From Lingula anatina (lineage: Eukaryota > Animalia > Brachiopoda), in assembly GCA_051362555.1 (NCBI GenBank), contig CM120640.1:26212225-26276224 (forward strand): a DNA stretch of 64,000 nucleotides, given 5' to 3'. Positions within the stretch are counted from its first letter, which is position 1; each line of letters opens with the position of its first letter. Below the pieces are notes generated by a model. It was not told the origin of the DNA and searched no databases. It saw only the letters and a program-made list of their open reading frames with translations. A program made the translations under genes and the position numbers. Below, one piece after another: positions 12,188 through 34,737 of this stretch.

Positions 12188-12818
12188 CACGCCATTATCA
12201 CGTACGAGTGAAATGGAACGAAAGCACAAGGTCATTAGTGTACTTCCCGCACGTGAACAACAAACGCCAACCAATCATAGGGCGACAAGACAAAAGTTCA
12301 TCCAATCAAAATGACTTAGAGAACCTTATATGAACTTTACAAGAACTGGGTCACGTGTGAACCAATCGCCGACTCACGTGCATGGCTTCACGAGACAACT
12401 AAAAGAACATTCAACCTGATGGCCGCATGTTTATTGAACAATTACTGACCTATGTTCGTCTGCGACTGCCAACCTTTCGGCAGAGGTGTCATATATTTAT
12501 ACTATGATATAAATGTGCACATCTTAAGTACACTGGGTGGAAGTTGGGGGGGGGGGGGGGTGGAGGGAGCGTCACTGATCATGCCAGTCAAGCACTCCCT
12601 TTTTATTTGGTGTTGGCCTCAGTAAAATAAACATGTCTCGTCTGCCTCAACATACGGTAGACGGCCTACATGCTAAATGGCAGAAGAGGATTGTGAGCTT
12701 GGCATGGCAAACAATACATTTACAAAGACTGGATAATAGCCTACATATTGACATAAAATTTCAGAAACCTCAACGAAACCAAAATGAACTTCACGTGAAC
12801 AGAATCACGCGTGATTCT
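12188..12818 (-). promoter_or_regulatory. Probable PPP1R3 promoter/enhancer with clustered E-boxes and CCAAT boxes
   Basis: CACGTG at 12250, 12352, 12375, 12792; CCAAT at 12271, 12302, 12362; palindrome AGAATCACGCGTGATTCT at 12801-12818; a minus-strand donor (AG|GTGAGT) at 12113 lies immediately downstream. Confidence 0.5.
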
Positions 12819-14918
12819 ATCGCCGCCACACGTACTCAAGCGTCTCCGTCTATTGTCTATACTAAGGCACAAGTACTAAGCAAAGCCGCAAGCGTCTGTC
12901 TATAGGCCCCCTACTGGCCTGTCAGGGGTTGAAAAGGGGGGGGGTGGAGAAAATGGGGGAGGGCAGCTATCAATGTAACAAACGTACCTCACCTGTTAAT
13001 TGTACCCAATGGTAACTGGAAATGAGTTTTGAATAAAATCGACAAGGAAACCAATCCCAAACATACGATAAATTTTGCTTACAAATACGATAAACTTCTC
13101 AACATAGTGGATTTTCCCTTTTCATTAAAACAGATAAAATAAAGACAAAAGAGAAGATATTGGAAATATCGCAGACCTTACAAGTACATCTTGATGCTTA
13201 TACAATAATTTCCTTTATCTCACAAACCCGATCTGTAGGTGTGCATTTCCCCCAACCCTTCTGTGTTTATGCGTTTGTTAAGGGTACGTTTACTACCAAA
13301 TCTACTGTATTGAGTATTTAAATGCTGGCAAATCTCACCGACACCTGCAACCAGTAGAAAAGCCTGTAAGAATCTATTCTAGAACCGGCAAATCGGCGTT
13401 TCTACCAGAATTCCGGTTAACATTTCTACATGTAGAGTCTCTAATCGCACTTTCTTCCCTAACTTTAAGTCTTAATACTCACCTTAACCGAATACAAATC
13501 CCCTGATAGATGTAGCCTGCTTATAGACAGTGTAGAGGCTGCAACGTCAATCCTTCATAGCAAAATGTTCACGATGCTCAAGTGGCTCAGTCGCTCAGTT
13601 AGCTAATGGTGTTTACATCAGATGCACACAGTGAAGGTCATGCGTGAGAAAAGCCCCTGACATCAGCATTCACATGCATGATGCCGGCCTTGACATGTAT
13701 GCCCGTTTTAACTCAGCCTCCCTGGTAATATGGTGTAGTTTAAATATACTCTCTAAATCTATTCGAGAGGAATTGATGTTCAACCGTGATGTTTTGTTCG
13801 GCAACCTATGATGCAACCATTTTTCCTTTGTTTCACGTAGATCTAGCATACGACAAAAATACATACAGGTATTGCCAAACGCCGAATAACAATGTGCACA
13901 AACTTGAGCAGTATTACTCAAGCGTGAAAGAGTTTTTTAAGAACTCTCTTTTAATTAGCTTACTAAAAAGTTTGTTTGTTCAGGAGCTACAACGTACAGG
14001 TATATGTGCTGTATGACTGAGTCTGCTGTCCAGCAGGAAAAAAATGTCCCAACAGTGAAGGTGGCGGTGTCTGGAACTTTACAAAACTTTGAATGCCCAA
14101 TAAACAGTATGGAATTATTATTATTCAGGGTGTCTCGATTTTATACAAGGGGCCCATTAATATGATATTGATTTACCACTGAGATAAGAAACTGACACAT
14201 GATTACATGACCGTGAAAGTTTTATAATAACAATTAAAAAAATAATAATAAACGCGTCTGGGGTAAACTGAGCCTTCTTCTAATGATAACCGAAGACTGT
14301 TGTGACCTGAGATTAGGCTAAAAATAAAAATCAACCCCTGCTGCTGGTATCAAGAATGAATGGATTCTTGCAGGTAGGCTTTTTTTACCTCGTGAAGGTG
14401 AGAAGCATGAAGAGCAAGTTCAGCCTTAATTGACTGTAAACAACTAAAGGGTATGGTATTAAGACGATCTCAAAAACGCGTTTGATTAAAAAACAACAAC
14501 ACCTATTTGACATTGGGAATCGTTCTTGAAACGTTATTAAAATTAACATTTTTGCTTATCCTGCCACACACTTGAAAAAAAAATCACTACTCTGAAGTGG
14601 TGTGTGCAGACAGAATATGTTTACAAAAACAGGCAATAAGAAGACTGAAGACCCACGAGTACACGCACTTATCATGCGGCACCAACGTCTAGGGCATACT
14701 CTACGGCATAACCGAGCACTGTTATGACGCAAGTATGCCGTCGTAAAAAGTAAGCATCTGTAACGACTGATATGTTTATGCCCCGTCAAGGCCAGACAGC
14801 TGATAAACTGTAACATTAATACTGATCTGATAAACTTTTGTTAGAGCCTTGCGCACAGATCTCGATAATAAGATGAATGATTAAATTGTACATCACTACT
14901 AATGAAGTCGCCAGCGTG

Positions 14919-14970
14919 ATAGTTTTAGCTTTCGTAATAGTTTTTATCTTTCGTAATGGTTTTACCTTTT
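14919..14970. repeat. Short degenerate tandem repeat (~18-19 bp, 3 copies)
   Basis: ATAGTTTTAGCTTTCGTA / ATAGTTTTTATCTTTCGTA / ATGGTTTTACCTTTT. Confidence 0.6.
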
Positions 14971-16322
14971 ATCTTTTGAAGAATTACTATTATCAATCTG
15001 GTCACGGCAGTTCAGATGTAAAATTCGATGGAAACCCTGAATGAAATTAGTTTTGGATTGTATTGTATTATGCAGGCAGACGCCAAGGAGCCCATTATCA
15101 TTTTTAATGGTCACCGAGAATATTTAAGAACACAGTAGAAATTTGTAAAATAATAAATTTATCTGATCTAACTGTGGACAGAGCATCATTGCTAGTTTAA
15201 TCATCACATGCTGAACACAATCAATTGCCAGAGAGAGACATTAAATTTGCATGTCAGAAACATTTATTAGATAGATTTTATCTTTCAGCTTATGTCATCT
15301 TTTTTTTTTTTTTACATATATGGAGATACCACTAGAAACCACTAACATTGTACTGTTTGAATGGAATGCCATATTTGGAAAAAAAAGCTTACTGTCCACC
15401 AAATGCCAGCTGAATAATGACATTATTTGTTTTACAAAAAAATCTTGCTGGACGGTACAAAAATGTATACAGAATGGCCAGAGAAATATCTGTGAATATC
15501 TACTGAAAAAATATCTCTGTGACTCCTGTAGAGAGTAGGAAATTATTGTCGTATCAGTTTTCCAGAAAAATTTAGGGTGCCCAAAGTTTGAAAACTTATC
15601 GTACTACTCATATAGTATTTTAAGACACCTGGGAGACTACAGTTTTTAGGTACAGTACAGACTCTATAAAGTATCTCAGATACAGCAGTTTTTAGAATCT
15701 TTGCACCACCTGCAATCACTTTATTTAATAGCATTATTGAATTGATGATATCATCAAGTCACATGCTAGAGGATTGAATTTTGTATTACAGTGGCCTACT
15801 ATTAGGATAAAGACGGTTGTTTGAAATAAATGAAGCAATGCATTTGCAAAGCTGACTCCTTAATTAAAATCCTGAATCACCTACTCAAATTGTTTTAAAT
15901 TCTCAATATATTATAAAAATCAATTTATACTAAAATGTTTTGAGAGAAAATATGATTTTGAGGTGTTTACTGGCCATTGGTTTTCATGACACTTTTATAG
16001 TGCTGACCTGCTGTACTTTTTGGATATTTTCTATTCAAATTTGACCAAAAAACACTTATCATATGCTCTAGTTCTGTTCTGTTTCAGACCATCAGTTCCC
16101 TTTTAAATCCCCAATTTTCCCCATAGGCCCTGAGACGTGGGTGTTGGGATAATGTTTTTAGAGAGGTAACCTCAGGTGCCGCAGCCTCAACTTTATTTGC
16201 AAATGACATTTACTGGCAAACTTGAGATAAAGTCAGACATGCTTGCTTTTTTGGAGGACTGGTTTACAGTCTGATAACCTTTTTCAAGGCCAATAATTTT
16301 GTAAACCAATGTGAGGGGTTCC

Positions 16323-16452
16323 CACCCTGAGCTTCAGAGATAACTTGACACCAACCTCTTCACTATAGCCTATCTTCATCATGTCAAGTTACACGACGAA
16401 GATAGGCTATAGTGAAGAGGTTAGTGTCAAGTTATCTCTGAAGCTCAGGGTG
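16323..16452. mobile_element. 130-bp near-perfect fold-back MITE with 8-bp TSD (GGGGTTCC)
   Basis: CACCCTGAGCTTCAGAG...CTCTGAAGCTCAGGGTG with 62-bp arms, 3 mismatches and a 6-nt loop CAAGTT. GGGGTTCC at 16315-16322 and 16453-16460. Confidence 0.85.
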
Positions 16453-16973
16453 GGGGTTCCCTATTTGCATATGAAAAATGTATTATAATGGATAGAAATT
16501 TGAAATTGTTCTGGATAACTATCAAAATGAAGCATAAGGTAACATCAATGTGATAACTTTTGTGTGGTGTCATGGTTTAGTTTAATCACACTGAGACAAG
16601 AAAACATTTTCAGATTTCTTTTATTAAATACAGTGATAAAAATTTCAGAGCAATGTTTGATCACTATAAATATTAATCTGTTGAAATATTTAGAAACTTG
16701 CAAAGTCTTAATGTTTTTAATGGATATTATTTGCTTATCATATGCATCTGCTTTTTTGAACAAGCAAATCTTTATTATCCAATATATATCCTCTTCAATA
16801 TCACAATCTACACCTTCTTAAACATTTGAAGTGAATAAAATTTAATCAGATGAATAAAAGCATTTTCAATTCTTGTTTGTCTTTAAAGATCAGGAAATCA
16901 CTTTCCTTGAAAATACTGCTGATCATATTTGAAAGATCGGTTTGTTGCAAATCTATAAAAACCACAAGTCACT

Positions 16974-19900
16974 TCAAATGAGTCCAACTGCTCCAGATTC
17001 CACTAGTGTTGCTACTGGTCTGTACCTTACGATCAACTGATCTCCCTTTTCCAAATCTATCACCTCTTCCCTGAAATTGTAAACAGAACAAATATAATGT
17101 CACTGGATAAATATTTCATCCTCTTCTGGAGTGCCTGTCAGTAACTTAAATGTAAGAAAATTATTTAAGCTGATGAAAATAGTAAAATATTAGGTTGGAA
17201 AATACCCCCCCCCCCAAAAAAAAAGAGGTTTATTAGTATCTAAAATGGAATGTTTGAATGATATGTTGATTAAGCAAAAAATAAGTTCCTACTTAAGAAG
17301 TAAAAGCAAAAGGCCAATGATGAGACTTGAGAAGAACAAATGATGAAACTAATGGTTGGAAGAGCAACGAAAAATTAAACATAGTTTTAAAAGATAATAA
17401 AAAAAGTTTTTTTTTCTATAATAATAAAGTTTATTCAACTTTTTTGTAACTTCAATTAAATGAAGTATAATAAAGAGGCATTACTTTAGAGTACCAATAT
17501 CTATGATTTCCTGAGTCAATCCATAAACACAATTTCTATGTAAATATTAGACATTTTCACTTTTCACCAACTTAATCAAAGACATGAAATGACAACAAAA
17601 ACCAACAATCATCGCAGAAAAAGGGAGGTCATGACCCAAGTTTTAGCTGCTGAGATGAGTTAGAGCCAGTATTGCCATAGCAAAAAACATTAATTTGAGC
17701 TGTTTTTTAGAAACTTTAAGAACATAAATGTTGACAACTGAAACGGTATCAGGCCAGGGACCTTATGTCAATCCTCCCACCTACTCACTGTCAGTTTTTT
17801 TTTAAACTTAATGTGTCTTCTCATGTTATCTGTATTTTCAAAATGTAAAATACATTTTTAAAATAATTTTGGTAAACCTGCACGTTGCTGACAACTTAGG
17901 CACTGGGTTGCATAACATTTGAAGGCAAAAAAAAAAAAAAAAAAACTACAAGAATGACTAGTTTAAGTTAAAACAGTCCTAGCCTAGACATCACTTGAGA
18001 TGTATTCACAGTAGCAAGAGCACTGTAACAAGATAAATGACAACACCCTTAAAGCATCTGTCTTCATGTAAAAAAAAAAACAAGTTTCCATTCTATGCCT
18101 GGGTAACCCAGGTGACAGGGGTCATTTAAGACCCTACATTTCAATTTGATTAAGTTCACAAAGCAATGGTGTATGATGTATCACAGCTTACAATGGAACT
18201 GGTTTTACATGAACAAGCCAGTACTATCTCTTCCATGATTACAAAGGATGGGTGCAAATGAATTAAAGTCACAGGAGCTTTAGGGCTTTAAAACCTTGTT
18301 GAGTTGAAAACAAAATTCAACTTCTTCTTAAAAGCAAAGCTAAAAATTGCAAAATAAAAACATACATAAAATATAATATGTAAATCCTTACTGAACTTTG
18401 TCAATTCATGCCATTTTTACAAACTTCTGTAAGAATAGTATGATTTATTTTGAAAGATGCACAGTTTGGTAAATCTCTGATATCAAAAAATTATCGACCA
18501 ATATCAAACTTGCCCTTCTTAGGGAAGTTTCTTGAGAAAATGGCATGTATACAACTGAATAACTATCTAGCTCAAAACAGTCTATATGGCAAGTTTCAAT
18601 CAGCTTATAGAGAAGGACATAGCACAGAAACAGCTCTCCTAAGGGTTCATAATGACATCATGCTTTCTTTAGACAAACAAAAAGATGTTATTTTAGTCCT
18701 TTTAGATCTGTCTGCTGCATTCGACACCATTGACCACAACATACTTCTGCACAGACTACAGTACCGATTTGGAGTAAAAGATTTAGCACTTAATTGGTTA
18801 ACCTCATATCTAAAAGATCGAACACAAAAGGTGTCAATTGAGTCGTTGCTATCAGAGCCCACTATTTTAGAGTATGGTGTCCCTCAGGGGTCTGTGCTAG
18901 GTCCATTGCTCTTTTCATTGTATATGCTACCAGTAGAAGACATTATAGTTAAACATGGTCTCAACACTGTCATTTTTGCTGATGACACTCAAATTTATGT
19001 CACAAGTGAAAGTAATCGCTCCATGGCTATCACCTCAATAGAAACTTGTCTAGTTGAGATCCGAAATTGGATGAAAACAAACATGCTAGCACTAAATGAT
19101 GGAAAAACTGAACTAATATGGTTTACATCAAGGTCTAAGTCAGACAGGGGAAATGCAATGAAATCTGATATTTGTATCGGTGGTGTCAACATCAATCCAT
19201 CTAGCTATGTGAAAGATTTAGGTGTCACCTTTGATCAGTATGCAACTATGGATAGACGGATCTCTGAAATTTGCAAATCGGCATCATACTCACTTTGGCG
19301 AATTAGTAAGATACGTGACTTACTGGACAAAACTTCAACTGAAAAACTAGTCCATGCTTTCATTACTTCTAAGCTTGATTATTGCAACAGTCTCTTATAT
19401 GGTTTAGGCAAAAATCATCTGAACAAACTTCAATTAATTCAAAATTCTGCAGCTAGGCTGGTAACTAAAATGGGATGGAATAGCCGAGAGCATATAACAC
19501 CTGTTTTGATGGAACTTCACTGGCTTCCAGTAAGAGAGAGAATTTTATTTAAAATTTTATGTGTCATTTTTAAAGCAGTCACTGAGAATAAACCACTTTA
19601 TATCTCAGAACTTATGAAGCAACATCAGCATGGAAGAGTTACCAGGTCTTCAACTTTTAGTCATTTACTTTTAGAACACAGTGTCTTAGAGAAAAAAGCT
19701 GGTAAATTTTACGGTGAAAGGGCATTTATGATATATGCACCCAAAGTTTGGAACACTTTACCCTCTGAAATACGAGCAGCAGGTGACATAGATACTTTTA
19801 AAAAGCTTTTGAAAACTCATATTTTTAGAATAGCCTATCAGTAGCTATCATATAGTTAATTTTAGTTTTTAATAAGGTGTACTGTAATTTTATGATTAAT

Positions 19901-20082
19901 TTTAAATGTTGTCACTTTAGGTTCTTATCATTTTAGAATATGAATAATTGGTTCTTTAAATTAGTTCTTAGTCCTTTAAAATTGTAATGTGTTCTTATAT
20001 TAGTATTGTGTTATTTAGCTCTTTTAAGTGAATGTTGTAAGGCGCATTGAGATTTTTAATGGAATGCGCCATAGAAAAATAA

Positions 20083-20123
<41 letters not shown>

Positions 20124-23100
20124 AAAGGAAGAAATGTTAAATTCTGAAATGTTAATCTGCTTTTAAACAGATATTTAATTACGAAAAAAGAAAAAAAAAG
20201 TACATAAAAAGCAAGGTGGACCTCTGTCTTTTCTCCCTTTCCTAGAAGATATGTGGACTGGATTTATAATATTAATTTTAAAAAAGGTGGGAGGCTACAT
20301 CCATCAACGTGCACATATATTAAGGCTTATTTCACAACCAGACTGGAAGCATTTATATCTTTCTGTTATCTCCAATGTCCAGTATATACCAAGAACACCA
20401 TCAAAACCTCTTTTTCATAATCTGTTGAATATCATGTCAAACCAAGCATGAGTTAAAAACCAAAAGACCTCACATCAGGTTAATCCTAGAAACCACATTA
20501 GTGTAAGAAATTTGGCCTCATCTTTAAACTGTCCAACAAACCTTAAGCAATGATATGAATAAAATTAAAAACCATCACAAACCCTGTATCTAGTGTTTTC
20601 TTTAAAATGTGCAATTGGACACCATACATAAGAGCACATTGTTTCAAACATGTAATTGTCATGCCTGCCAATAATCTGTCCGTGATACAGTCAGAGATAA
20701 TACTTTACAGGAAATAGTTTCTACATTATGTTACTTTCTTCACGCCTTTGATTACTCTGGTAACAACTGTGCCAAGGAGCTCAGGATATTTGAAATCTCA
20801 TTAAAATCCAAGTCACACTCAAGCTTCCTGTTTTATCTACTGTCTGGTTGGTCATGGTTCAGTGTTTACCTCATCAATCAAATAAACATCAAGGGTTTCA
20901 TTTTATCAAGAAGTTTAGACACGACTACCTGTGTTTCAGGTTTGATATACACCATGTTTTGCATTTTCAAATCTCCATAAAAAAGCAGTTTTTTTTTGCA
21001 GGCATACGTAGAAATTTCAAAGTGAAGAAGCTGGATTGTATCAGATCCAACACTCAGGCTAAACACAGGTATATTTGAGAGAAAATAAATGAATAACTAA
21101 TTTACAAGTGACTTTGGTTAAATTAAAATTCTAGAGATCTTAAAGAGAATGTATACTACAATTAAGCAATAAAAATAAAAATTATACATTTTCCCAGTGT
21201 ATTAAACTATTTTTTTGTGATCCATCAATTAAGAATTCCAAACTAAAAAGTCCCCAAAAGGGCTTTAAACACCATCTTCTGGAATTGGCTTCAGCTAAAT
21301 GAACAGCTCAATTTGAGTAAATCCAATTTTTAGCAGGAGTAATAGTTTCATAATCTGATAAAAAGGTTACAAGCATTCAACACAAAATAAATACAAACAA
21401 TTTAAATAGAACATGAAGACCTCTTTCACTGTTTCTAAAACATAATATTTTCCTTTACCTTTATATTTTAAGAAATCAAATGATATGACAAAACTACTAT
21501 GCCTCAAAATTTTGCTGAGATGAAATGCTCACTGTTTATTAGAGATACTGTCATTAAAACAAGTCACATTATTACAAAATTATTTCCAATAACCAATTAC
21601 AAAATAAAATAAAGTATTGACTTAATACTGAAACATAACAACTCATAGCAAAATTCATCAAATTTATCAACACTGGATGTGGTTGTATCAGAAATGGATT
21701 GTGTTAGAGAGGATATTAGACAATAGGGTTGAAAATGCTGTAAATGTTCAATAACTTTAGTAAAAATAAACCCATTATGCCAATTTCCATCAGCCTTTTC
21801 ACCAAATAAGGCCTAGCAAATTCAAAGTGAATCGAAAATACTTTTTGCAGTAAGGGTACAAATGGTATAAAATATAATATCAATCAATAAATGTCATATA
21901 AATAACCAATGTTAAAGCACTCATTTTTAGCAACACCAGATACGGCATTTTTGTTACCTAGTTGAGTAATGGATAAAATTAGTACTAGTTATCTAAAGCA
22001 AGATTATAATATTCTAGCAAAAAAAAAAAAAAAAAAGGGTCAGTCTTATGTTACAGATGTTACATAAATAACAAAACGCAGCATTGTGAATAAATTAGCT
22101 TTCTACAATGAAAAGCTAAACAGAGAAAGCGTGCACTACTTTAGTCATCACAGCTTGCTTGGAAATGCTGCCTAACATGCAGACTGGTGAAATGCATTAC
22201 TATTATCAATAAGCAAATATATTTCAAGACAACATGCTTTGTATCCTCAGCAACTGTACTCACCCTGCCTCTGCAGTTTCTTCTTCAACAAGGACACCAG
22301 CTGTATCTTCATTTACTCGTAAAAACACATAGCTATCCAAGTTGGGTCGCATTACTAAAATAAATTGAAATATTTAACTAGCAAATAAACAAATTTATAC
22401 AAGTAATATAAATCTCAACTTCCACTTATCTTTATGATCAGAAATTGCACTCATATTTGCATCAGATGGTTCAGTAATCAATTCAGGAAGACATTTATTT
22501 CTTGCATCTTTAAGGAATGAACATTTATAGTTATAACAATAAATTTGTATAGACAGGACTGTTTAAGGATATTGTAACCTTTTATTATCATCCAGATACC
22601 GAAAATTATTAAATAAAACACCTTTCTTTGTGCTGATCTAAAACAATAAAAAAACACTCGAAAATATAAAATATCGGCTATTTTGAGGTGAGATAGCAAT
22701 CGGTATAGGGCGTTTATTCATCCCTGAACAAGATTTTACCACTAAAATTGGCCAGAGTGTAAAGGCTACAATCCTGTGCTGTCATTTTGTTTAAAATGCT
22801 TTTGTTAAGGAGTTATAAGCTCCTAATTACAGATTTTGATTACAGCGTTGAAACGGTGATTGTGGGTGCTCAGGTAAAAGAGAAATTTGAAAAACTGATT
22901 TTTCAGTTTTTACCCCAAAATCACCATTATGATGTCACCCGTAAGATGACATATGTGTAAATTTTAATTAATTTAGTCACTGAACACTATCTATTACCCA
23001 AAAGAATGTATATCAGACAGTAAATAAAATGAAAATCAGCTAACCCATCCTCAGATGACCAGATTAACAAGAAAATATCATTACATTATCATATGATTAA

Positions 23101-24962
23101 TTCTATAAAATTCATCTGCAATACAAAGATCTAGTGTATTGTATTTCTTGAAGTCTCATTTGCTTTTCTGCTACATTTGTACCTGTATGTTTAGGATCTA
23201 GAGCTTGTAAATTTGGTGGCATGTGTCGCAGTGCTAATACTTTGAAGTGATTTTCCATATTTTCTGAGTATCTGAAAAGATAAATTGTTTTAATTGTTTA
23301 GTTGAAAATGATTTATGACATTCAAATAAACAAAAATAAACAAAAAGCAATTTTATAGGTAAGTAATACGTGTCTGAGTATATATAAATATGAAAGCAAA
23401 ACTTGAACATGTTTTATGACAAAATAAGACTTTGTTTTCTCAACTATGGAAACTAGTGTTCCTATTCTTGAATCTTCAGAAATGATAAGCACTCATAGAA
23501 AGGCATCAAATTATCTTACTCCTTTGCAAAAGTATATTCATCAGGTGACATCTGTGGTGTCTCATCACTCCCTCTAGCTTTTTCCTGTTCTAAAACATGT
23601 GCTGTGTATTTTTCAATCTAGAAAAAAAAAAAAGATTTCAATTTCCACATTAGGCTGTAAATTGGTTTTGACATAATCATGTCAACTATGGCTACAGTTT
23701 TATTGCTTTTGTATATTTCTTCCACAAAATTCTGGGAAGCAAGAGCCTAGATATATTTTCCTTTACGGGAATTAACGGTAGCAAGCTCCTATTATATAAA
23801 ATCTTTTTATCAATGCAATAATGCAATAGACCAAAGATAAAAAAGTGCAAGCTGATAACAAGTTTATAGTGAAGACAAACATTACAACCAAAGTAGATTT
23901 TTTATTTGACTCTTAATGTGAGAAAGAGGCAAAGGGCAGCGAAAGTGAAGTAAAACACCATATTTGAAGACAAATAATTTAAAATGCAAGCATAGAGAAA
24001 ATAAATGATAAAATGATGATACCTTTTGTAATCTTGTTCTTAGATAACTACTGATAAAGAACCGTATCCTATCTATCTGGAAAGAACAAAAAGAAAAATA
24101 TACAAATTACAAGATCTGATGCCATTCAAATTTAATTTTTATAAAACTACTGGTCATATGTTGGAAAAGATGTTTATTTCAATCATTCTTCCTTACTGAG
24201 GAAAGGGATTATAAAAACACTGACAAGAAAGTTCACATTAAATACTTAAGTTAACTTTGATCACTGTTTGTTAGCAAGTTGTAAATAAGTCACTTTGCTT
24301 TAACATCCTGAAATACATATATATTAGGGTCCACTTAATTTCTTCTTTAAAAAATACTTACTTCCATTTTGTGTATGCCAACCCTAAAATCTCCTTTTTT
24401 GGCTCTTCTTATATTTTCTTCCATTTCTTTAATCTGTTCCAACATGCAGTCCACTATGTCATTTTTGATTTCCAACAAATCTGGTGAAAATTTTTCGTTC
24501 AGCCACGCCTGAAATAAAAAATTAAGTTTGAAGGCTTCAGTATGGGTCACCCAAAATCAGTATTATCAACTTAATCATAAAAAATAACACATAGAGATCT
24601 AGTACAGGGTCACTTAATGAGTGATCTAAAGGCACAAGCTCAACAACAAAACCATTTAATTGGTACATAACTCCAGGAACAGTTAGTATTACTTGTGCTT
24701 TCCATTCCACGCCACCAGTTGTTTTCATCACAGCTGCCTTAAATAAGTGATTTGTGTCTGACGTGTGTTAAATGCATGTGCATACTTGTGTAAAAGTTAT
24801 GTTTGTCTTATGTAATGCGAGAGAGAGAAGATGAGGGAGAGACCGAGAAAGAGAGACTTAAAGTCGACTTACCTCTTCAAGTTTTTGTAACACTTCTGCT
24901 GCAGTCATTGATTCGCCTTCTTCACTACTCTCATCCTCTAATTCTTCTGTTAAATCAGCCAT
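16974..24962 (-). CDS. GINS4: DNA replication complex GINS subunit SLD5, 7 exons
   Basis: Exons 24962-24873, 24508-24362, 24076-24023, 23617-23520, 23271-23183, 22354-22264, 17070-16974, all GT-AG and in frame. Motifs LEEAWLNEKFSPDLL, MEIDRIRFFISSYLRTRLQKIEK, ALRHMPPNLQ, PNLDSYVFLRV, IDLEKGDQLIVRY match the SLD5 family. Confidence 0.95.
18450..19844 (+). CDS. Reverse transcriptase and C-terminal domain of the L2-type LINE (truncated ORF2)
   Basis: NYRPISNLPFLGKFLEK, QSAYREGHSTETALL, LLDLSAAFDTIDH, GVPQGSVLGPLLF, FADD, HAFITSKLDYCNSLLYG, HITPVLMELHWLPV, FKKLLKTHIF. The listed start codon is non-ATG and falls at the truncation junction. Confidence 0.88.
   Translation: MKDAQFGKSLISKNYRPISNLPFLGKFLEKMACIQLNNYLAQNSLYGKFQSAYREGHSTETALLRVHNDIMLSLDKQKDVILVLLDLSAAFDTIDHNILLHRLQYRFGVKDLALNWLTSYLKDRTQKVSIESLLSEPTILEYGVPQGSVLGPLLFSLYMLPVEDIIVKHGLNTVIFADDTQIYVTSESNRSMAITSIETCLVEIRNWMKTNMLALNDGKTELIWFTSRSKSDRGNAMKSDICIGGVNINPSSYVKDLGVTFDQYATMDRRISEICKSASYSLWRISKIRDLLDKTSTEKLVHAFITSKLDYCNSLLYGLGKNHLNKLQLIQNSAARLVTKMGWNSREHITPVLMELHWLPVRERILFKILCVIFKAVTENKPLYISELMKQHQHGRVTRSSTFSHLLLEHSVLEKKAGKFYGERAFMIYAPKVWNTLPSEIRAAGDIDTFKKLLKTHIFRIAYQ
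18450..20121 (+). mobile_element. 5'-truncated L2-clade non-LTR retrotransposon in the last GINS4 intron (antisense to GINS4)
   Basis: Open RT ORF plus AT-rich 3'UTR, 3' stem-loop GGCGCATT(20041-48)...AATGCGCC(20063-70), AATAAA and a (TTA)n tail to ~20121. No endonuclease domain or ORF1. No convincing TSD. 5' boundary approximate. Confidence 0.9.
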
Positions 24963-25152
24963 TTCAATACAGATTGTATTTTACGCTTCAATCAGCGGTA
25001 GTGAAGGTAGCGAAGGTTCAGTCAAGTGTCTAAAAGTGTCTTCCTTGCCGCCATATGGACACAATAAATGTGATTGGCTAAAAGATATTCACTGCGATAC
25101 TTAAATCTCGCGTGTTTAACGCGAAAAAACGAGAAGCGAAGACTACAGAAAA
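24963..25152. promoter_or_regulatory. Bidirectional promoter shared by GINS4 and tankyrase
   Basis: Start codons only 190 bp apart, CpG-rich. YY1-like GCCGCCATAT (~25047), ATTGG box (~25073), TCTCGCG (~25107), E2F-like CGCGAAAA (25120-25127). Confidence 0.75.

Positions 25153-34737
<9,585 letters not shown>

Noticed and set aside
13581-13620. TGGCTCAGTCG resembling a Pol III A box (tRNA/SINE)
   Set aside because: No B box or cloverleaf downstream.
22563-23052. Possible TTAA-flanked (Kolobok-like) MITE in a GINS4 intron
   Set aside because: Locally CpG-richer and repeat-like, but I could not confirm matching TIRs or a TSD.
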